Shown: positions 9,810 to 20,573 of the stretch, one piece after another
Position numbering within the stretch: the stretch's first letter is position 1
How the letters are laid out: each line of letters begins with the position of its first letter
DNA from: Candidatus Woesebacteria bacterium GW2011_GWF1_31_35
GTDB taxonomy: Bacteria > Patescibacteriota > Microgenomatia > UBA8517
Assembly: GCA_001029755.1 (NCBI GenBank)
Contig: CP011214.1
Span: forward strand, 65,754 to 129,753
Reading direction: 5' to 3'
Length of the DNA: 64,000 nt
Notes under the pieces: generated by a model
Told to the model about the DNA's origin: nothing
Seen by the model: only the letters and a program-made list of their open reading frames with translations
Databases searched by the model: none
Program-made: the position numbers and the translations under genes

Positions 9810-10877
9810 TCAAGAGGTTAATTTTAATTTCTCCATAAGAATTGAATAAAAACGAAGATTATGGATGGTTGCAAGTCTTCCCGCAGTAAAATCTTTAATT
9901 TTAAAAAGATGTGCTAAATAACTTCTTGAATACTTTTTACAAGTTAAACAATCACAAGCTGTACTAATAGGACTAAGGTCATCTAAGTTTTTCCCTTTTG
10001 AAGGATCAAAATACGAATAAAAATTAGGTTTTCTAACATCTATTTCTTTAATTGTTTTGGCATTATAGACATAAAGTCTGCCATGTCTCGCATCGCGAGT
10101 CGGAAGTACACAATCAAAAATATCAAAACCCATTTTAACTAAATTAACTATTTCATGAGGTTTACCAACACCTAATCCATAAAGCATATAAGTCTTTGGA
10201 GAATTTTCACACATTACTTTAGCTACCTCATAATCAAATTCTCCATTTTCTTTTATTGGCCAACCACCGTAACCCAATCCATCAAACCCAATTTTAATAA
10301 GTTCTTCAATGCAATATTTTCTTAAATCTAAATATTTTCCACCCTGAACAACACCTAAAATAAAAGGCCTCTGACCTTTATTTAATTTTCTTTCTTTACA
10401 AATTTTTTCAAATTCTTCCTTGCCTTTTTTAGCCCAAAGAATAGTTCTATTAACAGATTCTAAAGCCTTTTTATAATCATCTGAAGGATCTGTAAAATCA
10501 TCTAAAACAACAACCATATCAACACCTAAATCCATCTGAAATCTAATTGATTTCTGTGGTGTTAAAAGTAATTTTTTCTCTCCTGATGCTTTAAAAGTTA
10601 CACCAATATTAGTAACCTTACCAAACTTTGGATTTTTTTTAATTAAACTCCCAACCTGAAAACCTCCAGAATCTGAAATTACTGAACCATTCCACCCCAT
10701 CATTTTCTTTATTCCACCATTTTTTCTAATTAAATCTGGCCCTAAATCTTTATAAAGATGATAAGTATTTACTAAAATACCTTGAGTTTTTGTATTTTCG
10801 ATGTCTGTTGTATCTAACGTTTTAACAACAGCACGGGTTGCATCAGGAAAAAAGATTGGGAATGGAGGAAGCTTCAT
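9810..10877 (-). CDS. tgt: tRNA-guanine transglycosylase
   Basis: NTYHL, DSGGFQ, VQGG, FDCVLPTRDARHG, Zn site CDCLTC..HNL. Confidence 0.93.
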   Translation of the reverse strand: MKLPPFPIFFPDATRAVVKTLDTTDIENTKTQGILVNTYHLYKDLGPDLIRKNGGIKKMMGWNGSVISDSGGFQVGSLIKKNPKFGKVTNIGVTFKASGEKKLLLTPQKSIRFQMDLGVDMVVVLDDFTDPSDDYKKALESVNRTILWAKKGKEEFEKICKERKLNKGQRPFILGVVQGGKYLDLRKYCIEELIKIGFDGLGYGGWPIKENGEFDYEVAKVMCENSPKTYMLYGLGVGKPHEIVNLVKMGFDIFDCVLPTRDARHGRLYVYNAKTIKEIDVRKPNFYSYFDPSKGKNLDDLSPISTACDCLTCKKYSRSYLAHLFKIKDFTAGRLATIHNLRFYSILMEKLKLTS

Positions 10878-11551
10878 TTTTTACCAAGAGTAATAACGAC
10901 ATCAAAACTACTTGTTACAACCAAAGTCTTAGTTTCTTTTGCAACTTGATAGTTTTTCGATAAATCAGTTGTTAGAAGATTAATAAATTCCTTTTTAGCA
11001 TCTTTAATAGAAATTTCTGTTTCAGTAAAATCTGAAGCACTAGCATTTCCAGTATCAACATTTTTATAACCTAATCCTTCAAGATATGTTTTAGCTTTAC
11101 CTGCAGCTCCGGAAACTCCACTACCATTTAAAACTTGAATTTTTAGAGTATCTCTTTTTAAAGTCCCGGCAGAACTAGCAGTTGGGGAAGGTTCAGTTAT
11201 TGAAGTTCCAGAAGAAATTGGAGTAGGAGTAGAATTTTCTTTATTTAATTTTGAAACACCAGAAAAATAAGTAATAAGTCCTCCTACTAAGGCTCCAACT
11301 AAAAGGGCTGTTGGGATTATAATCCAGAGATAATTTGGTTTTTCAGTTTCAACTTTTTCTTTTTGGACCTCTTTAACAGAAACTTCTTCTTTTTTCTCTT
11401 CAATAACATCAGTTTCTTTTTTATCTTTTACATCTAAAGTTTCTGGTTCTTCTTTTTTGTTTTCATCTTTAACTGGAGTTGTCTCTTCGTCAGAAGCTAC
11501 TTCTTCTACAACCATAAGCTTTTTTGCTTTTTCTTCCTTATCTTTTGGCAT
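10874..11551 (-). CDS. LytR_C-domain membrane protein (paralog of 9114..9773)
   Basis: Acidic N-terminus, TM, IQVLNGSGVSGAA...LGY..VDTGNA, VVITLGK. Confidence 0.82.
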   Translation of the reverse strand: MPKDKEEKAKKLMVVEEVASDEETTPVKDENKKEEPETLDVKDKKETDVIEEKKEEVSVKEVQKEKVETEKPNYLWIIIPTALLVGALVGGLITYFSGVSKLNKENSTPTPISSGTSITEPSPTASSAGTLKRDTLKIQVLNGSGVSGAAGKAKTYLEGLGYKNVDTGNASASDFTETEISIKDAKKEFINLLTTDLSKNYQVAKETKTLVVTSSFDVVITLGKK

Positions 11552-11571
11552 ACATTAATTATACAACAAAT

Positions 11572-12111
11572 TTATTTATTATTTTTTTCTAAATATAATT
11601 CAAATAATTTAAATATTGTAATTGTTGGTCCATCTTTAATTTCACTATTTTTAATCATATTTTTAATTTCAGTTATATTTACTTTTTTAACTTTCATTCC
11701 TTCTTCATCTGGATCAGGTTTTTGACCTACAACTTTTAAATTAGTTGCTAAATAAACATGATATTCTTGAGTGTTATGTCCTGGAGCCAAAAAAAATCTA
11801 CCAATTTCTATAATATTTTCAGAAATTAATCCTGCTTCTTCTTCTAATTCATGTATTGCAGCTTCTTTAATGGATTTGTGATTCTCAAAGTGTCCTTGTG
11901 GAAATTCCCAAGAGTAAAGGTTAATTGGATATCTATATTGGCCAACAAGATAAAAATATTCTCCATCAAAAGGTATTATTCCAACAGCCTCACTTTTGTG
12001 TACAACTCCCCAAGTTAAATTAAGTCCATTATCTGTTGTTACTTCATCTTCAGTAACAGTCATATAAGGATTTTTATATACTTCTTTACTTGATTTTACT
12101 TTCCAAGCCAT
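11572..12111 (-). CDS. NUDIX hydrolase (ADP-ribose pyrophosphatase-like)
   Basis: QYRYP, WEFPQG...AAIHELEEEAG Nudix box. Confidence 0.88.
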   Translation of the reverse strand: MAWKVKSSKEVYKNPYMTVTEDEVTTDNGLNLTWGVVHKSEAVGIIPFDGEYFYLVGQYRYPINLYSWEFPQGHFENHKSIKEAAIHELEEEAGLISENIIEIGRFFLAPGHNTQEYHVYLATNLKVVGQKPDPDEEGMKVKKVNITEIKNMIKNSEIKDGPTITIFKLFELYLEKNNK

Positions 12112-12116
12112 AAAAG

Positions 12117-12587
12117 TTATTTTACTCCTAGAAGCTCAACTTCAAAAATTAATGTAGCGTTTGGAGGAATTACACCACCAGCACCCTGAGTTCCATAACC
12201 TAATTCAGATGGAATTGTTAATTTCCTTTTTCCTCCAACTTTCATACCAACGACACCCTGATCCCAACCTTTTATTACTTCCCCTGCCCCTAAATTAAAG
12301 GTAAATGGTTCTCCACGATCTTTTGAACTATCAAATTTAGTTCCATCAGTTAATGTTCCTGTGTAATGAACTGTTACCGATTTTCCACTAACAGCCTCCA
12401 CTCCAGTTCCGACAACCAAATCTTCAATTTTTAATTCATTTTGCACTTCATCATTTTGCACAACTACAGGTGTTTCTGCAACAGGCACTTTGTAATTTTT
12501 TAGAATATAGACAATTCCAAAAGTTACTACCCCTATTACAATTACATATCCTAATACGTTTAAAATGTTAAATTTGTCTTTACTCAT
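12117..12587 (-). CDS. Membrane-anchored FKBP-type peptidyl-prolyl isomerase
   Basis: [35 protein letters not shown]. Confidence 0.95.
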   Translation of the reverse strand: MSKDKFNILNVLGYVIVIGVVTFGIVYILKNYKVPVAETPVVVQNDEVQNELKIEDLVVGTGVEAVSGKSVTVHYTGTLTDGTKFDSSKDRGEPFTFNLGAGEVIKGWDQGVVGMKVGGKRKLTIPSELGYGTQGAGGVIPPNATLIFEVELLGVK

Positions 12588-12661
12588 TAATAAATAACAA
12601 TATTACACTTTTTATAATCTTTTTAAAATGCTAAGAATTTAAATAAGTTAGACTCCTAAAT

Positions 12662-13477
12662 TTATTTCGTAAGAAAGTTTTGTTTTGTAACAATTGATCT
12701 CTTTAATCTTCTCTCCAACTTTCTTCTTGCTACCCCTGCAATTTCTCCACCATCTCCTGCATCTTTTTTTAACTTTTTAAACCCTTTTGAATCTTCAACT
12801 CTATGAATTTCAGTCGTAGACCTCTCGCCAAGCATAGTAAAAATTAATTCAAAATCATCCATATGATCTCTTAGATTTTGTCTTTTTAAACCTTTTAATT
12901 TCTTATATTGTGATGGTGTAACACCAAAAGTAGCTTTTGAAATTTCTGAAGTTAAAATTTTATAATCCAAATCTTTCTCAATACCTCTGTTTTTCCATTC
13001 ATTAGTTAATTCCTCACGAATAACAATACCGCGCATTCTTTTTTCTATCCATGAATCAGGATAACCTTTAGCTTTATACAAATATCTAGTTCTTTTTGTT
13101 GCTAGTTCTGGGTCTTCAATTTCCTGTATTCTTTCAAACCCAACTTTGGCCAACCAACGTTTAAAAGGTTCTGCTTTGGGAGAATTGACTGATTGAACTA
13201 ATCTAAATATACCTTCAGTATTCCAACAATACATTTTTTGTTTTCCACCAAGTGTATTCATCTGAAGCATAAGGGGTGGTACAAATTGTACCCCCCCTTT
13301 ATTTATCAATTTAGCAAGCTCTTTATCCCTACTTTTCATTTTTTTGAAGTATTGTGCAGGATCTTTGGATTCGATCAAAACTTGAATTACATCATTTATA
13401 ACAAACCACCATTCACCTTGATAAATTTTTCTTCTTATTCCTTTATTCCTGAATAATGCGATTTGAGTATCAGTCAT
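12662..13477 (-). CDS. Bro-N domain DNA-binding protein
   Basis: IRR...EWWFVINDV, SPKAEPFKRWLA, NLRDHM motifs. Confidence 0.85.
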   Translation of the reverse strand: MTDTQIALFRNKGIRRKIYQGEWWFVINDVIQVLIESKDPAQYFKKMKSRDKELAKLINKGGVQFVPPLMLQMNTLGGKQKMYCWNTEGIFRLVQSVNSPKAEPFKRWLAKVGFERIQEIEDPELATKRTRYLYKAKGYPDSWIEKRMRGIVIREELTNEWKNRGIEKDLDYKILTSEISKATFGVTPSQYKKLKGLKRQNLRDHMDDFELIFTMLGERSTTEIHRVEDSKGFKKLKKDAGDGGEIAGVARRKLERRLKRSIVTKQNFLTK

Positions 13478-13523
13478 TAATTAACAATAATACGAATCAT
13501 TACCGAAGTCAATATTAACTCCA

Positions 13524-14684
13524 TCAGTTAAATTTTTGGAAATATCTAAACATGTCATCCATTTTCTTTATTACATCAGTATCGACCTTTATTTTATATG
13601 CACCAGCAACGTGTTTATGAGTAGCATACTCATACATAGTTGCGATACGAATAATATTGGGAGATACATATGCCAACATGCTTACCAAATACGGCACATG
13701 ATAAATAAGTCCCCAAACACTTATAACATTGTCACGAGATTCATCAGATAAACTATCAGGTGAAGGAATTTTATTTAGAGAGAAATTTTTATTAATCTGG
13801 TCAATAACATGAGAACGAACCCAATCAATTTGTGTTTTAGTTTCAAATGTACCATCACCCCAATATGAGCGAATCATGTATTTTAAAAATCCTGCCATGT
13901 CACCCAAAGATGATTTTAAATTTCCATCATTTTTTTCTAAAAAATAGGTTAGAAGTGTTGACGTTGTAAAAGGTTTAGAACTGTCTTTTTGTTTATACAT
14001 ATTTTCAATTTCATCTTTTATTGGTTCGTAATAATTAAAAATAGCCTCGTCGGAGAAAACATTCCCAATTTTAGGATGATGTTCAGAATAAAGTTGTGTA
14101 CCGGGAACAGCAACCATTTGTGTATTAGCCACGTTAATAACTGCCTGTATCTCATCGGGAATACGTTTATAAAAGATACCATACAATTTAAAAATTACTT
14201 CTTTATCTTTAAATGTATCAGATAAAATCTGTAAAGGTATCATACCTATATATTTTTCATCACCTGGAAAAACCTCTTCTTCTTTTATTGGTATTGCTAA
14301 AAGTTCTATAGCATCAACATCACTTAAATAATTCGTGCTTTTTTCTCAAACAACTGTTTTGTTTGGATTGTTTGAGTAAAATTTTTCAACCGAGGATTGT
14401 ATTACATCTAAATAAGGAAGATAGTTATCGTTACCTATTTCACCAGCTTCTTTAATCAAAGATTCTTCGATATTTAACGCATCCCTACTACCACTCATAT
14501 CCACCAAAGACGCTAGATTATTTGACATAAAGTTTAATGCTGTTATATTCTCATCTTTGTTTGGCAAAAAACTTCCAAAAAATAAAGCTCCTGTTCCAAT
14601 GGCAAACAATTTTAAAAAGTCTTTCCTTGATATTGAAATATTGTTTGGTACAACCTCGGGAATATTTATATCTTTTTTATCCAT
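13524..14684 (-). pseudogene. Hypothetical exported protein interrupted by one in-frame TGA at 14346-14348
   Basis: ORF from ATG 14684 (Tat-like SRKDFLK + TM) is in frame with ORF 13524..14243; 34 open codons lie between the TGA and the downstream ATG. Confidence 0.7.
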
Positions 14685-17334
14685 ATTGTGGGTAGTGACA
14701 TCGTTTAAATTTTTTTCCGCTCCCACACCAACATGGATCATTACGTCCAATTTTAGGTTTGTCACTTTGTTTGTTGTTTATTTGTTTATTTGAATTGTCC
14801 TTTTCTACTAAACCAGTCATATCTGTTTTATCAATATTTTCAGTTGCAATATTAAGTGGAATTTCAGGTTGTGGAACATTAACCCCAATTCTAAATAGTC
14901 TTCTTGCAACTTCTTCATCAATTTTATTAAGAAGTGTTTCAAACATCTGATATGCTTCACCTTTAAATTCAACTAAAGGATCTCTTTGTCCATAAGCTCT
15001 TAGTCCAATTGCTTCTCTCAGGTCATCAATTGTATCAATATGGTCAATCCAATAATGATCAATTGAACCTAGGTAAGCATATTTTTCAATTTGGCGCATC
15101 ATGTTCTCACCTACTTGTGTTTCTCTTGCCTTATGCATATCCTTAAAAACGGTTTCTATAAATTCTTCAACTTCTTTAGAACTATTTCTTTTGGTAAGTT
15201 CATTTTTAAATTGTTTTGTAGAAGTTGGATCAAAAGGAACAACTTCTAAAAATCCAGCTACAACCGCATCATAGTCAATTGGAGTTATTTCACTTTGAGA
15301 TATTTTTTTAGCATGAATTCCAAGTTTCTCTAAAACTTCATCTTTTAAGTTTTTACTATCCAAAACTTTTCTTCTTAATGTATAAACTATCTCTCTTTGT
15401 TGATTAGCTACATCGTCAAATTCAACTAAACGTTTTCTAGTATCAAAATGAAATCCTTCTACTTTTACCTGAGATTGTTCAATAGCTCGACTTACCAATG
15501 GATTTTCAATTGGTTGATCTTCTGGAATTTTAAGTCTATCCATTAAGGATTTAATTTGTTCTCCACCAAAGATTCTCATTAAATCATCTTCCAATGAAAG
15601 ATAAAATTTTGAAGATCCAGGATCTCCCTGTCTTCCCGCACGACCCCTCAATTGATTATCAATTCTTCTTGATTCATGTCTTTCAGTCCCTATAACATGT
15701 AAGCCCCCTGTATCAATTACTTCTTTGTGAAGTTTTTCCCATTTTTCAATATCTTTTTTAGTATCAGGTTTAATACCACCCAAAATAATATCAACACCAC
15801 GACCAGCCATATTGGTGGCAACAGTTACAGCTTTTAATTTACCAGCATTTGCAATAATTTCAGCTTCCCTTTCATGATTTTTAGCATTTAATACATTGTG
15901 TGGAATTTTTCTTCTTTTTAAGTATTCAGAAATAATTACATTTTTTTCAATTGAAGTAGTACCAACCAAAACTGGTTGTCCATTTTTGTATTTTTCTTCA
16001 ATTGCATTAACAATTGCAGTATATTTTCCAGACAATGTTTTATAAATTGCATCTCCTTCATCAATTCTTATCATTTCTCTATTAGTTGGAATCGCAACAA
16101 CATCTAGTTTATAAATTTTTTTAAACTCTTCAGCCTCAGTTACTGCAGTACCTGTCATACCTGATAGGTGTTTATACATCCTGAAGTAATTTTGGAAAGA
16201 AATTGTTGCCAGTGTTTTACTTTCTTGTTGAATTGTTACCCCCTCTTTTGCTTCAACTGCTTGATGCAAACCATCTGACCAACGTCTACCTACCATTAGC
16301 CTTCCTGTAAATTCATCAACAATTATTACTTCATTATCTTTAACTACATAGTCTTTATCTTTAAGATAAAGACTTCTAGCTCTAAGTGCATTTTCAATAT
16401 GGTGAATACTTTCAAAATCTTTTTCATATAAATTATCAACTCCTAATACTTTTTCAACCTTACTAATACCATGTTCAGTTAAGGAAGCACTTTTACTTTT
16501 TTCATCAATTTTAAAATCAGTTTCAACATTTAATTTATCTACAATGCCTGCAAACTGATAATATTTTTGAGTAGGTTCCATGTCAGGCGCAGAAATAATT
16601 AATGGGGTTCTAGCTTCATCAATCAAAATTGAATCAACCTCATCAACAATTGCAAAATAATGACTTCTTTGACTCATTTCATCCAGGCTTTGAACCATGT
16701 TATCTCTTAAGTAATCAAAACCAAATTCATTATTAGTTCCATATGTAATATCAGTTTGGTAAGCTTCTTTTCTGGAAGCTGGTCTTAGGTGAGCCAGTCT
16801 TTCATCACCATGACTATTATCTGTAAATTTAGAATCAAATATAAATGATTTATTTTCCTGGACTATTACTCCAACCGAAAGTCCTAAAATTTCAAAAATT
16901 GGAGCATTCCAACCAGCACCAAGCCTTGCTAAAAAATCATTAACTGTTACCAAATGAACACCTTCTCCTTTTAGAGATCTTAGATAAAGTGCTGGAACTG
17001 CAGAAAGAGTTTTTCCTTCACCTGTTTTTTGTTCTACAATCTTTCCTTCAAAAAGTGCAATTGCTGCCATTAACTGAACATCATAATGTCGTTGGCCTAA
17101 AACTCTCCAAGAAGCTTCTCTTACTAAGGCATAGCTTTCAGGTAAAATTGATTCTAGAGTTTCACCTTTTTTAATTCTTTCTTTAAACTTTAAAGTTTCT
17201 TTCTTAAAATCTTCGATTTTAAATTTTTCATACTTACTAGAATGTTTATTAATCTCTACAACAGGTTTATTAAGTCTGTCTACTTCCTTTTGATTAAGGT
17301 CTAAAAATTTCGAAAAGAATTTAAACTTAAACAT
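14677..17334 (-). CDS. secA: Preprotein translocase ATPase SecA
   Basis: KTGEGKT, DEVDSILIDEARTPLIIS, TNMAGRG, C-terminal GRNDPCWCGSGKKFKRCH. Confidence 0.98.
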   Translation of the reverse strand: MFKFKFFSKFLDLNQKEVDRLNKPVVEINKHSSKYEKFKIEDFKKETLKFKERIKKGETLESILPESYALVREASWRVLGQRHYDVQLMAAIALFEGKIVEQKTGEGKTLSAVPALYLRSLKGEGVHLVTVNDFLARLGAGWNAPIFEILGLSVGVIVQENKSFIFDSKFTDNSHGDERLAHLRPASRKEAYQTDITYGTNNEFGFDYLRDNMVQSLDEMSQRSHYFAIVDEVDSILIDEARTPLIISAPDMEPTQKYYQFAGIVDKLNVETDFKIDEKSKSASLTEHGISKVEKVLGVDNLYEKDFESIHHIENALRARSLYLKDKDYVVKDNEVIIVDEFTGRLMVGRRWSDGLHQAVEAKEGVTIQQESKTLATISFQNYFRMYKHLSGMTGTAVTEAEEFKKIYKLDVVAIPTNREMIRIDEGDAIYKTLSGKYTAIVNAIEEKYKNGQPVLVGTTSIEKNVIISEYLKRRKIPHNVLNAKNHEREAEIIANAGKLKAVTVATNMAGRGVDIILGGIKPDTKKDIEKWEKLHKEVIDTGGLHVIGTERHESRRIDNQLRGRAGRQGDPGSSKFYLSLEDDLMRIFGGEQIKSLMDRLKIPEDQPIENPLVSRAIEQSQVKVEGFHFDTRKRLVEFDDVANQQREIVYTLRRKVLDSKNLKDEVLEKLGIHAKKISQSEITPIDYDAVVAGFLEVVPFDPTSTKQFKNELTKRNSSKEVEEFIETVFKDMHKARETQVGENMMRQIEKYAYLGSIDHYWIDHIDTIDDLREAIGLRAYGQRDPLVEFKGEAYQMFETLLNKIDEEVARRLFRIGVNVPQPEIPLNIATENIDKTDMTGLVEKDNSNKQINNKQSDKPKIGRNDPCWCGSGKKFKRCHYPQYG

Positions 17335-17365
17335 AGATAAGTACTATTCTAACAGAATACATCCT

Positions 17366-18115
17366 GTGGTAAAATACGCTTTAGTAAACTTAACTAAGAA
17401 TATGGAATTAGGAAAAGAAGATAAAGAAAACCCTCGACAACTTAAAGATGTAAATTTTTATATTGTCCCTGGAGGTATGTCTCCCACAATTCAAGAATGG
17501 CAAAATGATTTTGGAGAATTAATTAATAACATGGGGGTAAAAAAGGAAAATATTCATTTATCTCACCTTACAAATACAAATAAACCCAAAACATATTTTG
17601 GCCCATATAAAGATTGGAGAGAATCTTCAGATCTTCCAATTAATCCTGAAGAATCTAAAAATTCTGTTATTATTGCTCATTCAAGTGGAGCAGAACTTGC
17701 CATGATTTGGGCAGAACATCATAAAAATTTAGGTCTTATCCTTTTTTCACCATATGTAGACTCAAATGTTGGGCCTTTGGGAAATGGTTATTTAGAAAAA
17801 TATAGTGGAATGTTTAATAAAACTAATAAAGATGGAAAAAAAGTTAATAGAGAATTTAATTGGGAAAGAATTAGTAAAAACAGTAACTTTGTAATTATTG
17901 TCCATTCAGAAAATGACAAATTAGTACCAGCTCACCAAAGTTTTAATGTTTACAGAAGATTAAGAGGTGATACAGAAAATAAAAATATAATCTTTATTAA
18001 TTCAGAAAAAGGTGGACATTATCCAGTAAAAAGCCAATTCACGGAAGTTATGAAAACTGGAAAAATTTTTGAAAGTTTAGTCAAAAATAGTTTATTTTCT
18101 ACAAATAAACATTAA
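17366..18115 (+). CDS. Alpha/beta hydrolase (YdeN/RBBP9-like)
   Basis: AHSSG nucleophile elbow, HSEND, GGH triad; start uncertain. Confidence 0.75.
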   Translation: MVKYALVNLTKNMELGKEDKENPRQLKDVNFYIVPGGMSPTIQEWQNDFGELINNMGVKKENIHLSHLTNTNKPKTYFGPYKDWRESSDLPINPEESKNSVIIAHSSGAELAMIWAEHHKNLGLILFSPYVDSNVGPLGNGYLEKYSGMFNKTNKDGKKVNREFNWERISKNSNFVIIVHSENDKLVPAHQSFNVYRRLRGDTENKNIIFINSEKGGHYPVKSQFTEVMKTGKIFESLVKNSLFSTNKH

Positions 18116-18700
18116 GTTTGCTTGAGGATAAAAAAAATCAACTATTTTAAAATTTTGTTTTAATTTTTCTCCAAACTTTAAAGCATCTTTTCTATTATCT
18201 TTATAAAACAAACGGTTAAATATTACTAAACCATGATTTGACAAAATCTTTTTAATATTATTTAAAAACTTTTCACTTTCAAATTTTTTAGGAAATTTAT
18301 TTCCACAATAAGTATCAACAATTATTAAATCAAAAATTCCTTTTGTTAATTTAAAGGCATCTTGAATTTTTATATCAACTTTACTTTCTTCTAATCCTAA
18401 ATATGTATTTCCCAACTTAACCATCAAAGGATCTATCTCGACACCAACAATCTTTACATTAGGATATTTTTTTCTAATTAATTTAACTACTGTTCCACCA
18501 CCTAATCCTAATATTAAACAATTTTTAATATCTTTATTGTTTATTTTTTTTAAAGTGGATTTCCAAATTGATTCAACTACTCCCCCAGATTGTGTTAATC
18601 CATTAACTTGAATATATGTTCCAAAACCTAAACTTTTAACAACTTTAATATCTTTGTTAAACTTTGAATGTCTAACTTCTAATACTTTAGTACCAAACAT
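18092..18700 (-). CDS. SAM-dependent methyltransferase, spermidine-synthase-like
   Basis: LILGLGGG, VEID, FDLIIVD motifs. Confidence 0.8.
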   Translation of the reverse strand: MFGTKVLEVRHSKFNKDIKVVKSLGFGTYIQVNGLTQSGGVVESIWKSTLKKINNKDIKNCLILGLGGGTVVKLIRKKYPNVKIVGVEIDPLMVKLGNTYLGLEESKVDIKIQDAFKLTKGIFDLIIVDTYCGNKFPKKFESEKFLNNIKKILSNHGLVIFNRLFYKDNRKDALKFGEKLKQNFKIVDFFYPQANLMFICRK

Positions 18701-18725
18701 AAGACAATTGTAATACAATATCGTC

Positions 18726-18908
18726 ATGACAGAAAATGTACCAAAGGGAATATCAAAAAAAGATATTAATCATAAATTAGACCAAGAGTTTTTAAGAAGG
18801 TTACAGGTAAACTTTATTGTAGAAGGATTTAAAGAAACTCAAGCTTTGGTTCAAAAAGCACAAGAGAAAAAAGATAGTAATTTAAAAAACAATAAAGCTA
18901 ATTCATAA
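18726..18908 (+). CDS. Small hypothetical protein
   Basis: 60-aa ORF filling the gap before rarA, preceded by TACAAT. Confidence 0.5.
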   Translation: MTENVPKGISKKDINHKLDQEFLRRLQVNFIVEGFKETQALVQKAQEKKDSNLKNNKANS

Positions 18909-18912
18909 ATTT

Positions 18913-20061
18913 ATGCAGCCACTTGCAGAAACATTAAGACCTAAAACTTTAAAAGATTTTGTTGGACAAGATCATCTTGTTGGAAAAAGTGGAATAATAA
19001 CAAAACTTCTAGATATTCAAACTAAAAACTTTCCATCTTTAATTCTGTGGGGGCCTCCAGGATGTGGAAAAACAACACTAGCAAGAATCATTGCAAATAG
19101 TATTAAAAAACCATTTTTCGAATTATCTGCAGTTAATACTTCATCTAAGATGATTAATGAAATTGTTGAAAAAGAGGATTCTCCAATTATTTTTATCGAT
19201 GAAATTCATAGATTTAATAAATCTCAACAATCAAGACTTTTGCCATATGTAGAAAATGGAAAAATATTATTTATCGGTGCTACAACTGAAAATCCATCTT
19301 TTGAAGTTATAGCTCCACTTCTTTCAAGAACCAGGGTATTACTTTTCAAAAATTTAGATAATGAGGAATTAAAAAAAATTATTAAAAAAGCTTTAAAACA
19401 TTTAAAGGTAAAAATTAAAAATGACGCAGAAAACTTTTTAATAGATTCCGCAAGTGGAGACGCTAGAATAATTATTAATGTTTTAGAAATTGCCAAAAGC
19501 TTAAGCAGGAAGCCAACTTTAAAAATAAAAGATATTGAAGAAGCACTACAAAAAAAACAACTTGCATTTGATAAACATGGAGATAACTTTTATGACACCA
19601 TTTCTGCATTTATTAAATCTTTAAGAGCTAGTGATGTCAATGCAGCTATCTACTACCTTGCAAGAATGGTAGAAGCAGGACAAGACCCGCTTTATATTGC
19701 TAGAAGAATGGTAGTATTTGCCTCAGAGGACATTGGAATGGCACAACCTACTGCTTTAGTAGTTGCTAATGATGTTTTTAGGGCTTGTGAAACTATTGGT
19801 TACCCCGAATGTCAAGAAAATTTAGCACACGGTGTTGTATATTTAGCTACAGCCAAAAAAGATCGATCAAGTTACAATGCTTATATGGAAGCATTATCAG
19901 ATGTTAGAAAATTAGGTAATCTTCCAATTCCTTTAAAGATTAGAAATCCTGTTACAAAATTAATGGGAGAAATAGGTTATGGAAAAAATTATAAAAAATA
20001 TGATGTAGAAAGTTATTTACCAGAAAGACTAAAAGGGAAAAAGTATTACAATAAACAATAA
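18913..20061 (+). CDS. rarA: Replication-associated recombination protein RarA/MgsA
   Basis: PLAETLRP, GPPGCGKTT, DEIHRFNK, GATTENPSF, ASEDIG. Confidence 0.95.
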   Translation: MQPLAETLRPKTLKDFVGQDHLVGKSGIITKLLDIQTKNFPSLILWGPPGCGKTTLARIIANSIKKPFFELSAVNTSSKMINEIVEKEDSPIIFIDEIHRFNKSQQSRLLPYVENGKILFIGATTENPSFEVIAPLLSRTRVLLFKNLDNEELKKIIKKALKHLKVKIKNDAENFLIDSASGDARIIINVLEIAKSLSRKPTLKIKDIEEALQKKQLAFDKHGDNFYDTISAFIKSLRASDVNAAIYYLARMVEAGQDPLYIARRMVVFASEDIGMAQPTALVVANDVFRACETIGYPECQENLAHGVVYLATAKKDRSSYNAYMEALSDVRKLGNLPIPLKIRNPVTKLMGEIGYGKNYKKYDVESYLPERLKGKKYYNKQ

Positions 20062-20063
20062 GA

Positions 20064-20573
20064 ATGAATGAATTAGATAAATATAAAGAAAAAATAAAAG
20101 AACCATTAAGACAAGCTACTCTCATGTTTTTAATTAAAGATAACAAGATATTACTAGCATTGAAAAAACGAGGTTTTGCTGTAGGTAAATGGAATGGAAT
20201 GGGTGGTAAACCAGAACCAAAAGACAAATCAATTATAGAAACTGCAATTCGTGAAACACTTGAGGAAGTTAATGTAACACCTATAAATCCAATACGTGTT
20301 GCAACTTTGAATTTTTATTTTCCAGAAAATCCAGTTTGGAGTCAGCAAGTAGCTGTGTTTTTAGCTAAACAGTGGTCTGGAGAAGCGACAGAAACAGACG
20401 AAATGATGCCAAAGTGGTTTAATGTAAATGAAATCCCATTTGAAAAAATGTGGGAAGATGATAAATTTTGGTTACCTCAAATAATAAATGGAACTTTTAT
20501 AGAAGCTGACTTTTTACTTGATAATAATCAGAGAATGATTGAGAAAAATATAAGAGAAATCACCTTACATTAA
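20064..20573 (+). CDS. NUDIX hydrolase, 8-oxo-dGTPase (MTH1)-like
   Basis: KKRGFAVGKWNGMGGK..RETLEE, MWEDD motif. Confidence 0.87.
   Translation: MNELDKYKEKIKEPLRQATLMFLIKDNKILLALKKRGFAVGKWNGMGGKPEPKDKSIIETAIRETLEEVNVTPINPIRVATLNFYFPENPVWSQQVAVFLAKQWSGEATETDEMMPKWFNVNEIPFEKMWEDDKFWLPQIINGTFIEADFLLDNNQRMIEKNIREITLH

Noticed and set aside
14346-14348. Genome-wide UGA recoding (code 25 or 4)
   Set aside because: TGA terminates many clear genes here (ftsX, tgt, serS, lysS) at their natural ends
14685-14765. N-terminal extension of ORF 14346..14765
   Set aside because: It is an alternate frame of the secA C-terminus; ATG at 14684 is the plausible start
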